A DNA stretch of 64,000 nt from a virus (Duplodnaviria; Heunggongvirae; Uroviricota; Caudoviricetes): positions 1 to 64,000 of the IMG/VR virus record IMGVR_UViG_3300045988_137643; one strand, given 5' to 3'. A program made the translations under genes and the position numbers. Each line of letters starts with the position of its first letter. Position 1 is the stretch's first letter. Shown here piece by piece: positions 16,803 through 25,317 of this stretch. The notes under the pieces are model-generated. The model did not search any database, had not been told where the DNA came from, and saw nothing but the letters and a program-made list of their open reading frames with translations.

Positions 16803-18377
16803 ATGGAATTGAACGACAAACAAATTAAGGATCTGGTGGCGCGACGCCACCCGGAATACGAAAAGAAAAAAGAACATTGGGACTTCCTCGCCAGCACTTA
16901 CGCTGGCGGGCGTGGTTGGTTTACAGACAATATCTTTCGTTACTTTAAAGAGGGAGATCAGGAGTTTAAGGAGCGAGTTGAGCGTGCTTATCGCTTCAAC
17001 CACACTCGTGAGGTGGTAAACCTCATCAACAAATATCTCTTTAAAGAAGACATTCATAGAAATATCGAAGAGGCACCAGAGCAGATCCGCAATTTCTGGA
17101 AACGTGCGACTCGCCAGAATGCCTCTATTGACTCATTTATGGCCGCTATTGATTTGCAGTCGTCTATTTACGGTCGCATATGGGTTGTTGTCGATAGCAC
17201 GATGAGTGGTGATGTTGAGTCAGTAGCTGACGAGAAAAAGAAAGATGCTCGCGCCTACGCCTACTGGATTTCACCTCAGCAAATGCTGGATGTGGCATGG
17301 GACGACGACGGGAATATGTTGTGGGCGTTAATTGTGGAAGTCGCTCGTGATGACGCAGATCCTTTTACTTCTACAGGTCAGGAATACCAACGTTATCGTC
17401 TGTGGACACAAAACGAGTGGTATCTGTTCCGTGAGGAAGTGAAGAAGGGCGCTGGTGGAGCAGGTCGCCGTCAGGCAAAAGTTATTTTAGAGGATAGCGG
17501 TGAGCATAATCTCGGCGTAGTTCCTGTGTTTCCTGTTGATTGTATTGGAGAAAGTGAATCACCGTATTTCAGCCCATCGTTGATCGATGATATCGCTTAT
17601 CTTGATCGTGCGGTTGCAAACTATCTGTCAAACCTTGATGCCATTATTCAGGATCAGACATTTAGCCAGTTGGCTATACCGGTACAGTCGCTTTTACCTG
17701 GTGATGAAAACCACACTAAAGTGCTTGAAATGGGCACAAAGCGAGTCTTCACCTACGATTCTGAAGGTGGAAACCAGCCGTTTTATCTGTCACCAGACCC
17801 GAAACAAGCTCAGATGATCATCACTACGATTAAGACGGTGATTAACGAAATCTACCATTCAGTTGGTGTAGCTGGTGAGCGAACGAAGCAGGACAACGCA
17901 CAGGGAATCGATAACTCATCTGGTGCCGCAAAAATGTATGACTTCCAGCGTGTAAATAGCTTGCTTGTCACAAAAGCAGAGCGTCTGGAAAGGGCTGAAC
18001 GCCAAATCATGCTACTGGTTGCGAAATGGATGGGGGTAGATCTGGACGAAGACCACTCTTTAATAGCGTATCCAGAAAGTTTCGATATTCGTGGCCTTAC
18101 AGATGAATTTTCTGTTGCCGAGAAACTGTCATTACTTCAGGCACCGGACTCTGTACGTCGTCACCAGATGGAAATGCTTATTGAGAAGATTTTCCCGAAC
18201 ATTACTGAGGCGATGAAAAAGGAATTTGATAAAGATCTCTTGAATTTTCCGCCAAAAAATGATCTAAATACCCTTGAAAATAAGTCAGTACTTACTTATG
18301 ATCGTGGTGCAGCCCAAGAAAGCGGGCAAGATCAACCCCGAGGGAATGGGGACTCATCTACTCAAGAGAACGAGTGA
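16803..18377 (+). CDS. portal protein
   Basis: 524 aa ORF directly after terL, before scaffold and capsid genes. Confidence 0.75.
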   Translation: MELNDKQIKDLVARRHPEYEKKKEHWDFLASTYAGGRGWFTDNIFRYFKEGDQEFKERVERAYRFNHTREVVNLINKYLFKEDIHRNIEEAPEQIRNFWKRATRQNASIDSFMAAIDLQSSIYGRIWVVVDSTMSGDVESVADEKKKDARAYAYWISPQQMLDVAWDDDGNMLWALIVEVARDDADPFTSTGQEYQRYRLWTQNEWYLFREEVKKGAGGAGRRQAKVILEDSGEHNLGVVPVFPVDCIGESESPYFSPSLIDDIAYLDRAVANYLSNLDAIIQDQTFSQLAIPVQSLLPGDENHTKVLEMGTKRVFTYDSEGGNQPFYLSPDPKQAQMIITTIKTVINEIYHSVGVAGERTKQDNAQGIDNSSGAAKMYDFQRVNSLLVTKAERLERAERQIMLLVAKWMGVDLDEDHSLIAYPESFDIRGLTDEFSVAEKLSLLQAPDSVRRHQMEMLIEKIFPNITEAMKKEFDKDLLNFPPKNDLNTLENKSVLTYDRGAAQESGQDQPRGNGDSSTQENE

Positions 18378-18398
18378 TAAGTAACAAAAGGAATTTTT

Positions 18399-19286
18399 AT
18401 GAATCTGTGGCAAATGCTTTTGGCCCGTCGTGGTCTGATGGATGTCGCTGAAGCGCATGAGCGTGGAGGCGCTGGCGGTGTAGCTGCTGATAATGAGCAG
18501 AGTACACAAGATCCTGACAAACAGGGTGAACAAAAAGAGCAGCCGAAGGGCGATGACGAATACGCTGGCATGACTCAGGAAGAGTTACTGGCCGAACTTC
18601 GTAAAACCAAGAAAGCTGGTGCTGAACTGCTGAAGGAGAACATGAAGCGCAAAGAGAAAGAGCGCACATTGGCCGATCAGCTTGCTCAGTACGGTGATAT
18701 CGATCCGGCGCGTGCTCGCCAGCTTTTAGAAGCTGAACAGGCCGCAGAAAACGCACGTCGTGAGGCGGAGCAAGCTGAACTGGAGCGTCGTGGTGAGTTC
18801 GATGCTGTTAAAAAACAGATGATCGAAGCACACCAGGCAGAGCTGGCACAGCGTGACGAACGTTATGCAGCACTGGAAAGTGAAAACGCATCACTGAAAT
18901 CTCAATTAGTCGAGATGACCGTGGGCGCTTCCTTCAGTAACTCTCTCTTCCTACGTGACAAAGTTCTGATGACTCCGGCAAAAGCCCGCGTGATCTACGG
19001 TTCTCATTTTGAAGTGGGTGAAGACGGTAGCGTAGTGGGTTATGACAAACCGGCAGGTCATAAAGAACGAGCTGTTCTGGTTGACGGTGAAGGTAAGCCG
19101 TTGCCGTTTGAATCCGCGATTGAACGCATTGTGCGGGCAGATCCGGAAGCTGACGCATTGATGCGTAGCGAAGCCAAGCAGGGTGTAGGCTCACATTCCA
19201 AATCGACCTACACAATATCCCAACCGAAGAACAAGTCGACTATGGATAAGTTGGCCTCCGGTCTGGGGAAAATTGGACTTAAGTAA
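18399..19286 (+). CDS. scaffolding protein (putative)
   Basis: position between portal and major capsid; charged, helix-prone central region. Confidence 0.5.
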   Translation: MNLWQMLLARRGLMDVAEAHERGGAGGVAADNEQSTQDPDKQGEQKEQPKGDDEYAGMTQEELLAELRKTKKAGAELLKENMKRKEKERTLADQLAQYGDIDPARARQLLEAEQAAENARREAEQAELERRGEFDAVKKQMIEAHQAELAQRDERYAALESENASLKSQLVEMTVGASFSNSLFLRDKVLMTPAKARVIYGSHFEVGEDGSVVGYDKPAGHKERAVLVDGEGKPLPFESAIERIVRADPEADALMRSEAKQGVGSHSKSTYTISQPKNKSTMDKLASGLGKIGLK

Positions 19287-19311
19287 CATCTAAATCAAAG
19301 GGAATTGATAG

Positions 19312-20187
19312 ATGCCATTACTGCGTGAAGAAGCTGAAAAGCTGTCTAACAACGAACTCGAACAGGGTGTGATCGAAACTATCATTGATCGCGATGACCT
19401 GTTTGCCATCCTGCCTTTTATGAAAATTAATTCAAAGGCATATCTGTACAATCGTGAAAAAACGCTGAGTGAAGCTACCTTCATCGACGTTAACGACACC
19501 ATCCCTGAAGGTGCAGCAACCTTCGAAGAATGCGTTGCGAAACTGCGTATTCTGGCTGGTGACGTAGACGTTGATAAATTCCTGGCAACCACTATGGCCG
19601 ACACCAATAACCAGTTGGCTATTCAGGTTCGTCAGAAAGTTAAAGGTCTGGCTCGTGCGTTCCGCCGCAATCTGATTTTGGGTGACTCCAGCACCAACAA
19701 CAAAGCGTTTGACGGCATTCCACGCCTGATGCACGCAGATCAGAAGATCGATATCGCCGGTGCATCTATGACTTTCTCTATGTTCGACGAACTGGTCGAT
19801 GCGGTGAAAGATCTTGGTGCTGACTGCATCATGATGCGTTCAGAGCACCTTCGTGCTTACCGTGCGCTGCTGCGTACAGTAAACGTAGGTCCGTCTGAAA
19901 TCATGATGGAGAACTTTGGTCGTCCGATGCTGTGTCATAACGGCGTTCCGTTCATCATCAACGACTTCATCCCGACCGATGCTGGCAAAGCAAGCATCTA
20001 CTGCCTGCATCTGTCAGAAGAGAACGGCGTTACTGGTCTGTATGGCGGCGACAACGCAGGTATCGTTGTTGAAAACATTGGTACTGTACAGAACAAAGAC
20101 GCAGTACGTACCCGTGTGAAGTGGTACTGCTCTCTGGCGAATAAGCACGATAAGGCTATCGCTGCACTGACCAATGTAAAAATTTAA
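19312..20187 (+). CDS. major capsid protein (putative)
   Basis: 291 aa ORF in the canonical position; strong terminator downstream. Confidence 0.65.
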   Translation: MPLLREEAEKLSNNELEQGVIETIIDRDDLFAILPFMKINSKAYLYNREKTLSEATFIDVNDTIPEGAATFEECVAKLRILAGDVDVDKFLATTMADTNNQLAIQVRQKVKGLARAFRRNLILGDSSTNNKAFDGIPRLMHADQKIDIAGASMTFSMFDELVDAVKDLGADCIMMRSEHLRAYRALLRTVNVGPSEIMMENFGRPMLCHNGVPFIINDFIPTDAGKASIYCLHLSEENGVTGLYGGDNAGIVVENIGTVQNKDAVRTRVKWYCSLANKHDKAIAALTNVKI

Positions 20188-20218
20188 TCAGTGTAGTAGA
20201 TAAGTAGTTATCTATGTT

Positions 20219-20247
20219 AAAGGGTGGGCTATACGCCCACCCTTTTT
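20219..20247 (+). terminator. rho-independent-type terminator after major capsid gene
   Basis: AGGGTGGGC-TATAC-GCCCACCCT followed by TTTTT. Confidence 0.8.
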
Positions 20248-20260
20248 GTAGGAGCAAGAA

Positions 20261-21181
20261 ATGCCAGAACAAAAGATGAAGATTACGGAAGAGGTATTTT
20301 CGGATTTTACGGGGCATATGTGCCGCGCCGGATTTACCAATTCTATCTCCGATGAACCTTTAACCGAGCGGCAACAAAGTCAGCTATCTGCTTGTTTGCA
20401 GGCGGTTCCCCTCTCCCAATCCGTAAACATAACCCCGGCTTCACCGTCAGTTTTGGTTGGGAAAACTGTTCAACTTAGTGCAGGTATTAGTATGGGTAAG
20501 AGTGCCAGTTCATTCACCTGGAAGTCAGCCAATGATCAAATTGCAACCGTTAACGGCACTGGATTAGTAACTGGCGTAGCACCAGGCAAAGTAAAAATTA
20601 CTGCAACTGATCAGGAAACCCAGCTTTCCGCGTCAGTGGAAGTCACCGTAAATCCGGTAGCCGTTCAATCCGTAACGGTAACGCCAGACTCAACCTCTGT
20701 TGAGAAAGGGAAATCAGTCAGTCTGAAAGCGAATGTTCAGCCGTCAAATGCGACGAATAAGGCTGTTACCTGGTCTTCTAAAAATGAAGACAAGGCAACG
20801 GTAGACCAGAGCGGGAACGTTACTGGTGTAGAAGTTGGCACTGCGACGATTGAGATCGTTTCCCAAGATGGCAGCAAAAAGGCAACTGCAACGGTGGAAG
20901 TAACTGCGCCTGTTGTGGCTGTTACTGGTGTCGAAATCGACCCAAATAGCACAACCGTTGAGGCAAACAAAACTGTTCAGCTGACCGCAAATGTCGAGCC
21001 TGCAGGAGCAACAAATAAAACCGTTACTTGGGAATCCAAAAATACCGAGTTTGCAACGGTGGATAGCGAAACCGGTGTTGTAACTGGCGTTGCGGCTGGT
21101 ACTGCCACAATCGAGGTTACTACCCAAGATGGTAGCCACAAAGCGACAGCGACCGTAGAAGTCACTGCTGCACAGGAATAA
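20261..21181 (+). CDS. Ig-like (Big_2-type) repeat protein, probable capsid decoration protein
   Basis: three tandem ~90-aa Ig-like repeats (VTGVEIDPNSTTVEANKTVQLTANVEPAGATNKTVTW...); AGGAG RBS. Confidence 0.6.
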   Translation: MPEQKMKITEEVFSDFTGHMCRAGFTNSISDEPLTERQQSQLSACLQAVPLSQSVNITPASPSVLVGKTVQLSAGISMGKSASSFTWKSANDQIATVNGTGLVTGVAPGKVKITATDQETQLSASVEVTVNPVAVQSVTVTPDSTSVEKGKSVSLKANVQPSNATNKAVTWSSKNEDKATVDQSGNVTGVEVGTATIEIVSQDGSKKATATVEVTAPVVAVTGVEIDPNSTTVEANKTVQLTANVEPAGATNKTVTWESKNTEFATVDSETGVVTGVAAGTATIEVTTQDGSHKATATVEVTAAQE

Positions 21182-21225
21182 TCAATATTGGGCGGCGAAA
21201 GCCGCCCATGTAGAGAGAATGCGTT

Positions 21226-21660
21226 ATGAAACCAGCAAAAATTGTTTTATTAGAACCGCAATTTTCCGGTTATTCGGGAATGTTGTGCGGCGTTCAGTTC
21301 GAGAACGGGGTGTCCGTAGCGGAGTTGCCTTTTATCGATCAGCAAAGGATTTGTGCCTCAATGCGAGCATCAACAGTCGAGGGCAAAAATGTTTCTCCGT
21401 CTGCCGCATACAGTGATCGTGGCGAGTTGACCGCAGACCTGATTACCGAGCCAGCAGCACCTGACATTGTGCCAATGAAACGTGGGACACCAGATGAACC
21501 GGCCAAACAGATCCAGACTTTCACACGAGAAGAGTTGGAGTCAATTGCAGACAATGAAGGCATTGCCGGTCTACGTGTGATTGGTAATCAGGTTGGTGTC
21601 AAAGCGAAAGGAATTGTCGAGATGATTGAAGGCATCCTGAAAGCACAAGGCGGTGAGTAA
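21226..21660 (+). CDS. hypothetical head-module protein
   Basis: ORF track; position in the head-tail joining region. Confidence 0.45.
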   Translation: MKPAKIVLLEPQFSGYSGMLCGVQFENGVSVAELPFIDQQRICASMRASTVEGKNVSPSAAYSDRGELTADLITEPAAPDIVPMKRGTPDEPAKQIQTFTREELESIADNEGIAGLRVIGNQVGVKAKGIVEMIEGILKAQGGE

Positions 21661-22493
21661 TGGCGCAGATCGACTCGTATCGTAGCGGTGAAGCTGTTTC
21701 TCTTTCATTTGCCTTCAACGTGCTGGATATCGAATCTGCCACCTACACAGTAAAGGACAGCACCGGGGCTATTCTCGTTGATGGCGAGCCGCTAGAAATT
21801 ACCAGCGGTCAAATGTCGATTCCGGTTGTCGTGTCGGCTGAATATAACCAGCTCTCTGAGAAAGAGCGAGATCTGCGGTACGTCATTGTGAAGGCTGTTG
21901 CATCGGGCCTGACGCATGAAGAGCGTCAAATGTATGTTCTGCTGAATAGTTTTGAACTGTCGATACCAGAACAGTCGTTTGCAACTGTCGCTGATGCTCA
22001 AATGCAGGCGATCGATATGCTGAATGGGGACACTTTGCTGTCGGATGGTGAAGGCTTAATGCGCAAGCGTCTCATTGAGGCTACCAGACGTATTAAAACT
22101 TTACCGTTCTCAATCCGCAAAATTCTACGTATCGACTTTGACCGATACGATCGCCCTCAAAATATGCTGAATGTGTATGACATTCCGTGGGGAGCAGATG
22201 GAGCGTACCGGCATGATTTAGTCGATTGGGAAAAGATGACGCAGGAGAAGTTTGAAGAGTTCCCTGACTACTTCAAAGAAGCGTTGATGCTTGCCGTTGT
22301 CAACGAAGCGTGTGAGATCGCAAATGGCAATGATGTTGCCGCAGCACGAGAGGATGGCATTTTGTCAGAGTCAATCGGTGAAACAACCAACATGTACCGT
22401 ACCGGTAAAGCTGCAAACGTGCATGTGGCTCGCAGTACCTGGCGCTTGCTGGTCAGTTACATCAACAACCGTATGATTGTTCGCCGTGCGTAA
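21660..22493 (+). CDS. hypothetical head-tail connector module protein
   Basis: ORF track; start overlaps upstream stop. Confidence 0.45.
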   Translation: MAQIDSYRSGEAVSLSFAFNVLDIESATYTVKDSTGAILVDGEPLEITSGQMSIPVVVSAEYNQLSEKERDLRYVIVKAVASGLTHEERQMYVLLNSFELSIPEQSFATVADAQMQAIDMLNGDTLLSDGEGLMRKRLIEATRRIKTLPFSIRKILRIDFDRYDRPQNMLNVYDIPWGADGAYRHDLVDWEKMTQEKFEEFPDYFKEALMLAVVNEACEIANGNDVAAAREDGILSESIGETTNMYRTGKAANVHVARSTWRLLVSYINNRMIVRRA

Positions 22494-22572
22494 CGCCAGT
22501 CGCATTATTTACTTTTGGTCGAAAGGGTTTTTGGCCAGTAATGAGAGCGACCGACAACAACAGAGAGAGAGC

Positions 22573-22917
22573 ATGAATATTTCGTGGCAAACAGAAATTG
22601 CGATCTACCGCTTTGGCGCAAAGAACGTTTACGGCGAGGCGCAATTACAATTCGTCAGGAAGACGAATGTCGGCGTGGTTAAGTTCGAACAGAGTAATGA
22701 GAAATCGTCAGTTCGTGCTGATAGCTCTGGTAGTCGTGGTAAGGCGAGTCTGGAGCTGTTTGATGCTGTGTTAGTTGTCCCTTTAGAAGCGGCTGTACAA
22801 CTTGATGATGTGCTGATCCTTGAAGGTCAAAAATTAAAGGTGTCCAGTGTTCATCGCCGCTGGGGGCTACGAGGAAGACCTGGGCATCTTGAAGTGGGGG
22901 CGAATATATGGGTCTGA
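22573..22917 (+). CDS. hypothetical head-tail joining protein
   Basis: ORF track 22477.. shortened to ATG 22573 with GAGAGAGA RBS. Confidence 0.45.
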   Translation: MNISWQTEIAIYRFGAKNVYGEAQLQFVRKTNVGVVKFEQSNEKSSVRADSSGSRGKASLELFDAVLVVPLEAAVQLDDVLILEGQKLKVSSVHRRWGLRGRPGHLEVGANIWV

Positions 22918-23381
22918 AATACGATGCGCATCAGTTCAAACGTGCGGGGAATAGACTCAATAACAGCCAGAAAGCATTTAAGCGATATCTTATTCGGGAC
23001 ATGGAAAAGCTGGCGCGTTTGGTTGAGCGTCTCAGCCGTGCAATGGCCCCGCTCGAAACCGGATCTCTGGAGACAGCCATCTTTGCCAGGGTGATTAAAG
23101 AAGGTTATTCAGGGCTGCGCATTGAGCTTTCTGTGTCTGGAGCAAAACCACGTCAGGGGCATCCGGGCGTAGAAGTCGGTGACTATGCTAAGTACATGGA
23201 GCTGGGTAAATACCGACTCGGTTATCTTTCTCGAATGAAGAACGTGACAAACCCACCAATTGCCGGTGTTAAACCTCGTGTTGGGCCACACTTTCTGGAA
23301 AGAGCGGTGGAAATTAGCGAGAAGCAGTTCTCAGAAGCGATTCTTGAGGCTGCCAGAAAAGCCGGTTTTACGAGAGGTTAA
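22908..23381 (+). CDS. hypothetical head-tail joining protein
   Basis: ORF track; overlaps neighbours. Confidence 0.45.
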   Translation: MGLKYDAHQFKRAGNRLNNSQKAFKRYLIRDMEKLARLVERLSRAMAPLETGSLETAIFARVIKEGYSGLRIELSVSGAKPRQGHPGVEVGDYAKYMELGKYRLGYLSRMKNVTNPPIAGVKPRVGPHFLERAVEISEKQFSEAILEAARKAGFTRG

Positions 23382-23382
23382 T

Positions 23383-23766
23383 GTGTTTATTGAAGCGTTT
23401 GCAAGTTTGATGCAGAAGGCAAAGATTGGCACGGTCGGGACTGACATTTTCTGTCACTACTTGCCTGCCAATGTGAAATCTGGCGTCCTGCTTATTAACC
23501 CAAATACCGGTATCAGCATCGATCATGAGCTACAGGGCTTTTACCACGAATCATTCACAATAATTGTGCGTGGTTCGTCAATTACTACGACGGTTGAGAA
23601 AGCCAATAAAATCATTGAGATGTTTCCAGTAGAGGAAACGGAATCTGGTGGTGTTTATTTTCGACTGGTACGACCGATGGCGATGCCAATCATTTATCCC
23701 AAAAATGATGGAGCATTAATAGAAGCAGGCATTCCTGTTGAATTTGCTGGCTATTTATTGAATTAA
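23383..23766 (+). CDS. hypothetical tail completion-type protein
   Basis: track ORF 23260.. shortened to GTG 23383 after GAGAGG RBS, immediately after upstream stop. Confidence 0.4.
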   Translation: MFIEAFASLMQKAKIGTVGTDIFCHYLPANVKSGVLLINPNTGISIDHELQGFYHESFTIIVRGSSITTTVEKANKIIEMFPVEETESGGVYFRLVRPMAMPIIYPKNDGALIEAGIPVEFAGYLLN

Positions 23767-23774
23767 GTTAATTG

Positions 23775-23790
23775 GTAAGTATATACTTAC
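23775..23790. promoter_or_regulatory. family B perfect 16-bp palindrome GTAAGTATATACTTAC upstream of major tail gene
   Basis: perfect palindrome about 50 nt before ATG 23841. Confidence 0.6.
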
Positions 23791-23840
23791 TATTAGCGCA
23801 ATGAATGCGTAGAATTAACGGAAAAAGGAGTTTTCCATCA

Positions 23841-24587
23841 ATGTCTAATACCCATGTAAAAAACATCAAACTTGGTGCCTGTAAGGTGTCGTTTGGTGGT
23901 GTGGATTTGGGTTACACCAAAGGTGGTGTTCAGGTTGAAGTAGCCACTGAAACGCTGAAAGTCACTGTCGACCAGCACGGCCAGACAATTATGTCCGAGC
24001 TGGTGCAGGGTCGTAACATTACCATTACTGCGCCGCTGGCCGAGTCTGTGTTGAAAAATATGGTCGATCTGATGCCGGGGTCTACTCTGAACGAAGACGA
24101 CAACGCTGTGACCATCACTTCCGCACAGGGTGTCAACCTGATCGACGTAGCCAAAGAGCTGGTTCTGACTCCGCAGGACACTACCGACTACGTTCTGACC
24201 ATCCCGAAAGCTGCGACCGCAGGTAACTTCACCATGACTTACCAGTCTGATGATGTTCGTGTGTTCTCTGTTCAGTTCAGTGCGTACCCTGATGACGAAG
24301 GCGTTCTGGGAAGAATGAGCGGCCCTAAACCGGTAAAAACCGTGTCGATCAAACCGGAATCTCCAACTGTAAAAGCAGGGGAGACTGTGCAACTGACAGC
24401 AGAAATCACTCCAGATGATGCCGCAGATAAAACCGGTGTTTGGGAATCCGAAGACCAGGAAAAGGCCACGGTAGATCAAACGGGTCTGGTACGTGGTGTG
24501 GCGCAGGGTACTGCAAACATCTCCTTCACCAGCAATAGCGGCGCTAAGAAGGCAACTAAGTCAGTAACGATTAACTCCGCAGATTAA
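23841..24587 (+). CDS. major tail protein with C-terminal Ig-like domain
   Basis: ATG 23841 after AAGGAG RBS; C-terminal Big_2-like segment; terminator downstream as is typical. Confidence 0.65.
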   Translation: MSNTHVKNIKLGACKVSFGGVDLGYTKGGVQVEVATETLKVTVDQHGQTIMSELVQGRNITITAPLAESVLKNMVDLMPGSTLNEDDNAVTITSAQGVNLIDVAKELVLTPQDTTDYVLTIPKAATAGNFTMTYQSDDVRVFSVQFSAYPDDEGVLGRMSGPKPVKTVSIKPESPTVKAGETVQLTAEITPDDAADKTGVWESEDQEKATVDQTGLVRGVAQGTANISFTSNSGAKKATKSVTINSAD

Positions 24588-24599
24588 TCAGTAACTAAG

Positions 24600-24626
24600 C
24601 AGAGGCTCAGGATGAGCCTCTCTTTT
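24600..24626 (+). terminator. rho-independent-type terminator after major tail gene
   Basis: GAGGCTC-AGGAT-GAGCCTC followed by TCTTTT. Confidence 0.7.
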
Positions 24627-24642
24627 AAAAGGATTTAAACCA

Positions 24643-24960
24643 ATGACCAAATTACTCGATCTCGATTCCATTCTGCCTCCGAAGAAAAGCATCAAATTTG
24701 GCGGTCAGGAATATCCCATCGTTGAAATGACGGTAGGTTTGTTCGTTTCCATCAAGCAGATGGAAGGCAAAGATCTCATGAACATGTCTCCTGTTGAGCA
24801 AGTGACAGCTTATGCAGATCTGGTTCGTAAGGTTATCCCTTCAGTGCCTGATGAAGTTCTTGAAAAACTGACTGTTCCGCAACTCCAGCAGATCTTCACC
24901 TTCGCTATGGAAGTGATTGATGAAGAAAACGAAAAAGCGGCTGGCGAAGGGGCAAAGTAA
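24643..24960 (+). CDS. tail assembly chaperone (lambda G-like)
   Basis: small acidic ORF immediately upstream of the tape measure gene; overlapping -1 frame open from 24924. Confidence 0.6.
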   Translation: MTKLLDLDSILPPKKSIKFGGQEYPIVEMTVGLFVSIKQMEGKDLMNMSPVEQVTAYADLVRKVIPSVPDEVLEKLTVPQLQQIFTFAMEVIDEENEKAAGEGAK

Positions 24961-25040
24961 TTTCCCGCGATGAATCCGGGACAAGGACCGTCTCAATAGA
25001 TCTCGGATTCTATTTCAGTCGTGTAGTTGCTCACTACGCC

Positions 25041-25310
25041 GTGTCGCCATTAGAGCTACTGAACGTTCCTCTCACGATGTTCTGGATGCTCAGTCGCAAT
25101 ATAGACCGTCTGCGTGCGGAAGAGGATGTCCGCAACTTACAAGTCGCCCGTGCGTCCCAGGCGGATGGCGAGGCTGTGAAGGCGTTCATGGAGGGTTTGC
25201 AACTCAGGATTGGAAGACCAGTCGTAACAGATAAAGTCTACGATCCAAGCCAGGATAAGGCAGACCCTGACGCCAAAGAGCAACTGATGCAAATATTTGG
25301 CAGAGGATGA
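25041..25310 (+). CDS. tail assembly chaperone extension (GT-like, candidate frameshift product)
   Basis: reading frame -1 relative to 24643..24960 is open from 24924 to 25310; no RBS before the GTG at 25041. Confidence 0.45.
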   Translation: MSPLELLNVPLTMFWMLSRNIDRLRAEEDVRNLQVARASQADGEAVKAFMEGLQLRIGRPVVTDKVYDPSQDKADPDAKEQLMQIFGRG

Positions 25311-25317
25311 CAAGGGA

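Noticed and set aside
23260-23382. Upstream part of track ORF 23260..23766
   Set aside because: Overlaps most of the 3' end of 22908..23381 in another frame; GTG at 23383 with GAGAGG RBS gives a non-overlapping gene.
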